From positions 1-64,000 of the IMG/VR virus record IMGVR_UViG_3300045918_000320: 64,000 nt of DNA; one strand, 5' to 3'. Below the pieces are notes generated by a model. It was given only the letters and a program-made list of their open reading frames with translations. It did not search any database and was not told the DNA's origin. Source of the stretch: a virus. The stretch's first letter is position 1. Every line of letters begins with the position of its first letter. Made by a program: the position numbers and the translations under genes. Of this stretch, positions 57,305-64,000 are shown piece after piece.

Positions 57305-57495
57305 TGAAAAGAAATAATTTACATAATTATTATACCGCCCACAGATTATCACATGATATACTATATCTATTAAAAGGATATGCACCTTGGATTACAGGCA
57401 CTTATGTAAAGTATTACGGAAAGGAAACTCACTATCTTATAGATATGGTAACAATAGATAATGCAAAATTATTAAGGATTATTTTTGAAATATAA
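57304..57495 (+). CDS. Small protein with C-terminal tag (AKLLRIIFEI)
   Basis: ORF track plus the shared motif. Confidence 0.55.
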   Translation: MKRNNLHNYYTAHRLSHDILYLLKGYAPWITGTYVKYYGKETHYLIDMVTIDNAKLLRIIFEI

Positions 57496-57664
57496 AAACA
57501 CAGAATTATATTTTATCTACAGATCAAAACTCCGATACTGTTTTACAGGTTTAAATTACTTATATGATACTTACGAAATATTAAATCTAACAAATAATGA
57601 AAAAATTTTTTTAAATAGAAAAATATTAATATCTCCTATGCTGAGAGAAATTTATGAGTTATAA
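57485..57664 (+). CDS. 59-aa protein with C-terminal tag (SPMLREIYEL); not in the ORF track
   Basis: TTG start with AAGGA SD; fills the gap and overlaps both neighbours. Confidence 0.6.
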   Translation: MKYKNTELYFIYRSKLRYCFTGLNYLYDTYEILNLTNNEKIFLNRKILISPMLREIYEL

Positions 57665-57848
57665 ATTAAAAACTAGTGATTTAGTTTGTATATTTTGGGA
57701 TAAAGATTTTGATATAGGATTTTACGTGCATCTAAATAATAAACATTTATATACTAAAAATAGTTCATTTGTTAGCAATTTACCAAAATATAAAATAGAA
57801 TTAATAAGTAGTCCTTTACTTAGAGTAATTTACACTGGAGATTTTTAA
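57654..57848 (+). CDS. Small protein with C-terminal tag (SPLLRVIYTGDF)
   Basis: ORF track plus the shared motif. Confidence 0.6.
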   Translation: MSYKLKTSDLVCIFWDKDFDIGFYVHLNNKHLYTKNSSFVSNLPKYKIELISSPLLRVIYTGDF

Positions 57849-57849
57849 A

Positions 57850-58059
57850 ATGGAAAAAGCAATAAAGACTTACAAAATCATAAATGTATTAAGTATAATA
57901 TGTTTAGCTATTTGGGCAGCAGCATTTTTATTTTCAAATAAACCTATAGAAACTATTGACAAGATAATAATAGCTATGTTAGTATTTAAGAGTATTAATT
58001 ATAATCTAAAAGAAAATGAATTTTTAGATGAGTTTAAACCGGAGGAAAAAAATGAGTAA
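57850..58059 (+). CDS. Small membrane protein
   Basis: Two hydrophobic segments; GGAG SD. Confidence 0.55.
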   Translation: MEKAIKTYKIINVLSIICLAIWAAAFLFSNKPIETIDKIIIAMLVFKSINYNLKENEFLDEFKPEEKNE

Positions 58060-58693
58060 TTTAATTTTTAAGAAAATGTCAGAAGTAATGAAAGATGTTG
58101 GATCTATTGGTAAAGACCAAAAGAATACAGCTCAAGGATTTAAATTCAGAGGTATAGACCAATTTGTAAATGCTTTGTATCCTGCTTTAACTAAACATGG
58201 AGTATTTATGGCTCCTAGATGTGTTAGAGAAGATCACGAAGTAAAAGATGTTACTAGATCTAACGGAAAGGCTGGAGTAGATAAACATGTTACTATTATG
58301 ATGGAATATGATTTCTTTGCTGAAGATGGATCTAAAGTAACTGTAGGGCCAATTCCTGCTGAAGGATTAGATTCTGGGGACAAAGCTACAAATAAAGCTT
58401 TATCAGCAGCTTTAAAATATGCTTTAATTCAGACTTTCAGTATCCCAACAGAAGATATGGCTGAAGCAGATTTAGAATCTCCAACTATCGGACAACAGTT
58501 AGTTGGGAATACCGGATTAACTACTATAACTTTAACTGATTCTTCATTTTCAAAAGGAGGAGCTGTATCAGGAAATACTGATGCTCCTCCTAAAATGACA
58601 GCAGCAGCCGCTACAGCAAAAGCAGTTGAGAAAAAAGTTAGTAGTATGCGAAAAGTAGAAGTTAAAAGTAACGATTCAGATTTAGACTTGTAG
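58052..58693 (+). CDS. ERF-family single-strand annealing protein
   Basis: IGKDQKN..QGFKFRGID...DSGDKATNKALSAALKYALIQTFSIPTED. Start 58052 (GGAGG SD). Confidence 0.85.
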   Translation: MSNLIFKKMSEVMKDVGSIGKDQKNTAQGFKFRGIDQFVNALYPALTKHGVFMAPRCVREDHEVKDVTRSNGKAGVDKHVTIMMEYDFFAEDGSKVTVGPIPAEGLDSGDKATNKALSAALKYALIQTFSIPTEDMAEADLESPTIGQQLVGNTGLTTITLTDSSFSKGGAVSGNTDAPPKMTAAAATAKAVEKKVSSMRKVEVKSNDSDLDL

Positions 58694-58717
58694 GAGTTAA
58701 AATAAAAAGGAGTTATT

Positions 58718-58921
58718 ATGCGAGTAGCAATGCTAGGTATAGAAAATGATAAAATAAAAATCGGAGCATTAGAAGAAGTGGAAACTCTGAAAAAAGCAAG
58801 AGAATATATTCAAAATGAATTGAATAATATTCCATCTTTAAAAGACTGTAAGGTAGTAGTATTTGAAGTAGAAGATGATTTTGATATGTCAACTCTTATG
58901 TTTGATGATGGGGATGAATAA
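58718..58921 (+). CDS. Hypothetical protein
   Basis: AAGGAG SD. Confidence 0.55.
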   Translation: MRVAMLGIENDKIKIGALEEVETLKKAREYIQNELNNIPSLKDCKVVVFEVEDDFDMSTLMFDDGDE

Positions 58922-59187
58922 TGACTTTAGATGAATTTATTAATGAACAAATAGAAAAAGATCCCGAAGGTTTATTAGACATGCTATTAACTATGGCTCT
59001 CCAAGAAGGAGATAAATATAGTGCAGAGGATACAGAAAAAGACTTTATGGATGCTGCAGAAAATGCTTTTGAAGTTATTAAATTCATAAATGCATTAAAT
59101 AACCAACAGCCGCAATTAGAAGAAGATACTGAAGGATTAGAAGATTTAATATTACAATCAAACAGCAATGTAAAATTGCTACATTAG
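58921..59187 (+). CDS. Acidic hypothetical protein
   Basis: Coupled ORF. Confidence 0.55.
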   Translation: MTLDEFINEQIEKDPEGLLDMLLTMALQEGDKYSAEDTEKDFMDAAENAFEVIKFINALNNQQPQLEEDTEGLEDLILQSNSNVKLLH

Positions 59188-59196
59188 GAGATTAAA

Positions 59197-59469
59197 ATGT
59201 CAGAAGTAGGATTATTAAAAGAAGCTAAAAACAAAGACAAGAACGGAAAAACTGTTTTAACAATTGAAGTTACAAATGATATTACTTTAAAAAAAGGTGA
59301 TGTTATTTTTCTAAACGATCCAAAAGATTATTTAAACTTTATTGTTAAATCTGAAAAATCTTCAGATAAGCAAAGAGCTTGGGCAGAAGGGCAGTTAGAA
59401 GGATTTGAAACTGGTAAGTTAGGATTTATTAAAAAGAGATTACAACTTGCAAAACGCAAAGAAAACTAG
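59197..59469 (+). CDS. Hypothetical protein (possible ssDNA-binding)
   Basis: AGGAG SD; recombination/replication context only. Confidence 0.5.
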   Translation: MSEVGLLKEAKNKDKNGKTVLTIEVTNDITLKKGDVIFLNDPKDYLNFIVKSEKSSDKQRAWAEGQLEGFETGKLGFIKKRLQLAKRKEN

Positions 59470-59653
59470 GAAAAAGGGATACTTTTATGTATCCTTAGAA
59501 TATTATAATAGATCATTAAAACGTAAAGTTGAAAATCCAAATAGCTATGACATATATTTTAATGATTATGATAATACTTCTAAATCGTCTACACATTTAG
59601 ATATTAGAATTTTTTATAAAGGGTTACTAAAAGAAATATTCAAAGGAGTTTAA
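59447..59653 (+). CDS. Small protein with C-terminal tag (KGLLKEIFKGV)
   Basis: ORF track plus the shared motif; immediately upstream of the AAA gene. Confidence 0.5.
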   Translation: MQNAKKTRKKGYFYVSLEYYNRSLKRKVENPNSYDIYFNDYDNTSKSSTHLDIRIFYKGLLKEIFKGV

Positions 59654-59654
59654 A

Positions 59655-60803
59655 ATGCAAGTTAAAGATTTAAAGAGAGCTATTCCATATTTATTTAAAA
59701 CTAAAATCACACCACTACTAATTGGACTACACGGAAAAGGTAAAACATCTTTTGTATCTGAGTTAGCTCAGGAAATGGATGCTAATTTACTAGTGGTGCG
59801 TTTAGGTACATTGTCAGATTCAGGAGATCTAATTGGTTTACCGGCTCACCTACAAGATTCTTTAGGTAAAGCTATAGAAACTATTTATGTAGCACCTAGC
59901 TTCTTACCAGTAGCTAGAGAAGGATTTGACAATACCAGAAAGACTGTATTATTTCTAGATGAGATTAACAGATGCCACAAAGATTTAATTCAAGCTATTT
60001 TCCAGTTAGTAGAAAAAGGTGAACAGCTAGGGCCTCATAAATTAATTAATACTCACGTAATTGCTGCAGCTAACCCAGCTACAGACGACTATTCAGTAAT
60101 GGATATTTCAGATAAAGCTTTTACAGACAGATTTTGCCACTTAGCTTTCGAGCCTAGCACTCAAGAATTTTTAGATTATGGTAAAGCTAATTTTAACTCT
60201 CCATATTTAAATTTCTTATCTAATAGACCAGAAATGATTAGAAAAAAGAATGATCTAATTATAATTGATTATATTGATCAGTCTGAAAGATCTGCTGAAA
60301 AAATTTGTAGATTGGAATTAGCAGGACTACCTACAGATTTATTTCTAGAAGTAGCTTCGGGGATAGTAGGTACTGAAGCAGCCTCGGCAGCAGTAGCTTT
60401 TTACTTAGAAAATAATGTTAAAATCTCAGGAAATGATATTATTTATAATTACGAATCTGTAAAAGAAAAAGTATTAAAGCACAATATGCCAGCATTAGCA
60501 CTTGCTATAGACGAAATTGAAAAGATACTTATTGATAAAAAAGAAGAGCCGAACACTCAGCAAGAAATTGATAATTTTATTCAATTCCTAACTGACATTC
60601 CTGCAGATCTTTGTATTGGTACTATTATTAATTTTGCTAAAATTGAATCTTGGTCTAATGATGAACTTGTAATTCAAAACTTTTACGGGTACGATTCTGG
60701 AAAAGGTATTTCAGATACATGTTCTAAATTCCTAGATTATATTCGAGAAATGCGTAAAGCAGGTAAATTAAAATTGCCAGAAGAAAAGAAAGAAGAAAAT
60801 TAA
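59655..60803 (+). CDS. MoxR/dynein-related AAA+ ATPase
   Basis: Walker A GLHGKGKT, DLIGLP, Walker B LFLDEINR, AAANP, DKAFTDRF. Confidence 0.9.
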   Translation: MQVKDLKRAIPYLFKTKITPLLIGLHGKGKTSFVSELAQEMDANLLVVRLGTLSDSGDLIGLPAHLQDSLGKAIETIYVAPSFLPVAREGFDNTRKTVLFLDEINRCHKDLIQAIFQLVEKGEQLGPHKLINTHVIAAANPATDDYSVMDISDKAFTDRFCHLAFEPSTQEFLDYGKANFNSPYLNFLSNRPEMIRKKNDLIIIDYIDQSERSAEKICRLELAGLPTDLFLEVASGIVGTEAASAAVAFYLENNVKISGNDIIYNYESVKEKVLKHNMPALALAIDEIEKILIDKKEEPNTQQEIDNFIQFLTDIPADLCIGTIINFAKIESWSNDELVIQNFYGYDSGKGISDTCSKFLDYIREMRKAGKLKLPEEKKEEN

Positions 60804-60825
60804 TATTTACAACAGGAAAAATTAA

Positions 60826-61998
60826 ATGTCAGTACAACAAGCTATAATAGAATTAATTGTTTCTGGTAATCAATTTTATGCAAGTTTTTTAGCACAATGT
60901 AATAGAAAAATACGTTACGATTTACCAGCTCCGGCTGGTATTTCAGTAACCTCTTCTATTAATTTGTATATTAATCCAACATTATTTGATAAGTTTACTT
61001 TAAAGCAACAACAAGATATTTTAAAGCACGAAATAATGCATTTAATAAACGAACATTGTGGAGTTAAACCTTCAGATGAAAATTTATCAGCAAAGCAATT
61101 AAATATAGCTATGGACTGTGCTATAAACCAATTAGAAGGTATTGAGCAGTCAGTAGATGAGATTGGCGGAGTAACTTTAGAACGCTTTAAAAAAGCTTGC
61201 AGTGAGTTTATAGAACCCGATAGTATCAAGCCTAAAATGGACTTTAGATATTATGGTAGAATTATAAAACAATGTCAGGATAAATTTGACGAAGAGCAAG
61301 CTGGAAAAGAAATAGACGATCACTCCAAAATGGAGAATGATACTGAAGGCGATTCGAGAGAAACTACTTATGGAAAAGAATTCCAAAAGCAAGTTGTAAA
61401 AAATGCTGTAGGTAGAGCTAAAAATGCTGCTGGAAATGTTGGTGGAGATTTACAAAGATTAATTGATCAAATGTTTGCTAGTAAGGTAAACTGGAAACAG
61501 CAATTAACACGGATTGTTTCTAATGCTGTTACAATTAAAAAGACTACTACTAGAACACGTTTAAACAGACGTTACGGATTGATGTCACCCGGAAAAAAGA
61601 AAGATTATGTTCTTAAAGTCGGATATGTTTTAGATACTTCTGGTAGTATGTCTTCTTATAACCTAGCCCAAGGCTGGGGAGAAATTTCTAAATTACAATC
61701 TCTATTCCCAGAAATGGAAATTATTTTATACGAATGTGATGCAGACGTTCAGCCGGGAAGAAAATTTGATAGGAAATTGAAGCCAGAAGTTAAAGGTGGA
61801 GGAGGAACAGATATGAATCCTGCATTCCAATTAGCTTTAAAAGATGGTGCTGATTTAATTATATGTTTTACAGATGGTGATTTTTACGAAAATATAGATA
61901 ATCCAAATGTACCAGTTATTTTTTGTATCGACGGTAAAAATAGTTATAGCTACCCTTTTGGTAAAGTGTTATGTTTAGGTGAGCATAGAGATGGTTGA
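60826..61998 (+). CDS. DUF2201-type metallopeptidase + vWA domain protein
   Basis: LYINP...LKHEIMH...NIAMDCAIN; MIDAS DTSGSM, GGGGTD, FTDG. Confidence 0.88.
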   Translation: MSVQQAIIELIVSGNQFYASFLAQCNRKIRYDLPAPAGISVTSSINLYINPTLFDKFTLKQQQDILKHEIMHLINEHCGVKPSDENLSAKQLNIAMDCAINQLEGIEQSVDEIGGVTLERFKKACSEFIEPDSIKPKMDFRYYGRIIKQCQDKFDEEQAGKEIDDHSKMENDTEGDSRETTYGKEFQKQVVKNAVGRAKNAAGNVGGDLQRLIDQMFASKVNWKQQLTRIVSNAVTIKKTTTRTRLNRRYGLMSPGKKKDYVLKVGYVLDTSGSMSSYNLAQGWGEISKLQSLFPEMEIILYECDADVQPGRKFDRKLKPEVKGGGGTDMNPAFQLALKDGADLIICFTDGDFYENIDNPNVPVIFCIDGKNSYSYPFGKVLCLGEHRDG

Positions 61999-62098
61999 TA
62001 AATTTATGGACAGTTATGTTGATGAATTTGTCAGGCAATACAGACGTATGAAATATAAAAATAAACCATTAATATATATTATTTACGGATTAGAATGA
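61991..62098 (+). CDS. 35-aa protein with C-terminal tag (KPLIYIIYGLE); not in the ORF track
   Basis: MVDKFMDSYVDEFVRQYRRMKYKNKPLIYIIYGLE*; overlaps both neighbours. Confidence 0.55.
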   Translation: MVDKFMDSYVDEFVRQYRRMKYKNKPLIYIIYGLE

Positions 62099-62379
62099 TT
62101 TTAAATACAGACTATTTAGAAAATATTTTTAGAGGTATAGTTCCGGGGCCAGTGATTGTAACTAAAAGTTCTGAGAGAGATGGTTATAGAATTTGCATAG
62201 TTCATCCGTTCCCTGTATTGCCTTCATATTTTTATATTAATACCATAGAATTACATAGACCAAAATCCGATTTAGTTTATGAATTAGGAATTAGAGTTAA
62301 GTTTAATTCTATATTTAAAAAAGACGTAGAAGCCTTTAAAGCACCATTATTAAAAATTATTTATGGATATAGAGAATGA
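62095..62379 (+). CDS. Small protein with C-terminal tag (APLLKIIYGYRE)
   Basis: ORF track plus the shared motif. Confidence 0.6.
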   Translation: MILNTDYLENIFRGIVPGPVIVTKSSERDGYRICIVHPFPVLPSYFYINTIELHRPKSDLVYELGIRVKFNSIFKKDVEAFKAPLLKIIYGYRE

Positions 62380-62720
62380 TGCAAACTTCCATGGACGACT
62401 ATAACTATGTATCAAAACATTTTGAAGTTGTCCGAAAAAAATATGGCACAGAAATTAACTTCACAATTAGCCCTATAGTAAACGAAAATTCTCAGCCTTG
62501 TATAATTAGTTTTTATACTTTAGTTACTGATTATTTCGGGTATATGGATTTTATATCTTTAGAGGGTATAGAATTGTGGGAAATGCTTGACAAAGTAAAG
62601 GTAATGAATTATGCTCTTACTGTGATGATTCGCAAAGCATTATTTAATTATGGAATAAAGGGATTAAAAGGAGAGAGATTATCCAAAACTCCTTTATTGA
62701 GATTAATTTATGAAGTATAA
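62376..62720 (+). CDS. Small protein with C-terminal tag (TPLLRLIYEV)
   Basis: ORF track plus the shared motif. Confidence 0.6.
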   Translation: MMQTSMDDYNYVSKHFEVVRKKYGTEINFTISPIVNENSQPCIISFYTLVTDYFGYMDFISLEGIELWEMLDKVKVMNYALTVMIRKALFNYGIKGLKGERLSKTPLLRLIYEV

Positions 62721-62955
62721 ATTTCCCGGAGAGTATATTGAGTTACTACACGAAGAAACTGGATTAATAGAATGTCTAAATTGGTATGTAAAAAATGACG
62801 ATCATCAGTTTTTACTTCTTGACAATATAAGAGATGTTAATTTACTGGCAGTATGGACAGATTTACTAGATTCTAGAATTTTAGCAGGAAAATTGTTACC
62901 AATAATATTAGGAGAGGAATATGTATCAGAGATTTACAGAAACGCAAAAAGATAA
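62710..62955 (+). CDS. Small protein with near-C-terminal tag (GKLLPIILGE)
   Basis: ORF track; the last 11 codons overlap the primase start. Confidence 0.55.
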   Translation: MKYKFPGEYIELLHEETGLIECLNWYVKNDDHQFLLLDNIRDVNLLAVWTDLLDSRILAGKLLPIILGEEYVSEIYRNAKR

Positions 62956-64000
62956 AGGTTTATTAGTTCCAGTAGGGACTGATGTATACAAATTAATGCG
63001 TAACGCTAACAAAGATTATTACACTTCATTTTATAGATATAACGATGAGCACAAAAAAGAATTCGATGCTAAAGGTTCTGTAGCTGGATTTAAAGGTGTT
63101 GTATCTGATTTGCTACCTTGGGATTTCGACAATGAATCAGATCCATCTATTGCTCAAGCAGATGCTTTAGAAATGGTTTACCGGCTAAAGAAAGACGGAT
63201 ACAAAGAAGAGAATATTAGAATATTTTTTTCAGGTATGAAAGGATTTGAGGTATCAGTACCTATTTCAGAATTGCTTACTCCGGCTGAATTAAAAAATGT
63301 ATGTTTAAATTATGCGGAAGGATTAAAAGCTGATACTAGTGTTTATAACGATACTAGAATATTCAGATTACCATTTACTAAACACAATAAATCTGGACTA
63401 TATAAAATTCCTTTAACACTGGAACAATTAGAATCTCTCAGTATTTCAGAAATTAGAGATGAAGCTAAAAGTATAGAAGGATTTGATAAGCATGAGATAT
63501 TAGCAGCTTATAAACCAGCTAAACTTACAGAAAAAATGAGACAATTTAAAGCTAAAACTCCAGAAGTAAAAGTTACTAGAGAATTATTAGAATCTATTAG
63601 TTTAGAAAATATCGATTGGGGAAAGAAGCCTAGAGATTTAACTCACGAAAAATATTTACTATCTTTAGGTTATTTCTCGCAAGGAAATCGTAGCGAGGCT
63701 TTAATTATTTTAGCAGCTACTTTAAAAAATTTAGGATGGAATGAAACTCAGGTATACTATGCTTGTAAAGCTGCAGCCGATTTACAGGCTAGCCGAACAG
63801 GCGAAGATAAATTTCCTAAAAATGAAATATACAAAAATATTATTGAGCAAGTCTTTGGGCCGAATTGGAAAAATGGTAGCTATTCTGTAAAAGATAATTC
63901 TTTATTGCAGCAATTATCTCTATTAGTTCCGGCTGAAGTGAGAATGACTTCTTCTGAGGATAATATTGTATCTATTACTGAATCTTTTGGATCTTTCAGT
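62921..64000 (+). CDS. AEP-family primase(-helicase), N-terminal part (runs off the window)
   Basis: Open from ATG 62921 (GGAG/GAGG SD): WDFD motif I, IFFSGMKGFEV motif II, DTSVYNDTRIFRLPFTKHNKSGLYKIPL motif III, QGNRSEAL. Confidence 0.8.
   Translation, partial: MYQRFTETQKDKGLLVPVGTDVYKLMRNANKDYYTSFYRYNDEHKKEFDAKGSVAGFKGVVSDLLPWDFDNESDPSIAQADALEMVYRLKKDGYKEENIRIFFSGMKGFEVSVPISELLTPAELKNVCLNYAEGLKADTSVYNDTRIFRLPFTKHNKSGLYKIPLTLEQLESLSISEIRDEAKSIEGFDKHEILAAYKPAKLTEKMRQFKAKTPEVKVTRELLESISLENIDWGKKPRDLTHEKYLLSLGYFSQGNRSEALIILAATLKNLGWNETQVYYACKAAADLQASRTGEDKFPKNEIYKNIIEQVFGPNWKNGSYSVKDNSLLQQLSLLVPAEVRMTSSEDNIVSITESFGSFS

Noticed and set aside
52608-61392. Minus-strand ORFs in the right arm (52608, 54363, 55439, 55643, 57004, 57131, 58896, 60915, 61177)
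   Set aside because: They overlap well-supported plus-strand genes; shadow ORFs.
1-64000. Stop-codon reassignment, tRNA genes, integrase/prophage boundaries
   Set aside because: Long genes are intact in code 11 and end in TAA, TAG or TGA. No cloverleaf, integrase, att-like site or host genes were recognised by eye.

Overview
This window is a large part of an AT-rich, apparently lytic tailed dsDNA phage with podovirus-like architecture, in the standard genetic code. No integrase, rRNA, tRNA or CRISPR array was seen. The minus strand (39.3 kb to 0.1 kb) is a late/virion module: terminase, portal, small putative internal proteins, scaffold, major capsid, HNH, ~16 kb of fibre/decoration genes, adaptor, nozzle, and ejection proteins, one with a C-terminal Hint domain. 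The plus strand carries an M15 endolysin, an HU-like protein, class II RNR and dUTPase (39.7-47 kb). A ~1.2 kb non-coding region with four sigma54-like motifs follows, then early and replication genes: DUF932, GP88-like, PhaR-like, IF2-N-like, Cas4/AddB-like nuclease, ERF, MoxR AAA + vWA/metallopeptidase and an AEP primase. The main unexplained signals are: (1) ten otherwise unrelated small proteins sharing a C-terminal xPLL(R/K)xI(Y/F) tag, most clustered around the MoxR/vWA pair; (2) a 12-copy phage-specific late promoter, TTAACAACTA; (3) an LKxKLG(I/V)K tag on putative ejected proteins; (4) an anti-SD small RNA; (5) a shared RNA hairpin in the scaffold and capsid leaders; (6) codon-level avoidance of CCWGG and GGWCC. 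The host is probably Gram-negative, possibly Bdellovibrionota-like (inference only). All family assignments come from motif recognition by eye, with no database search.
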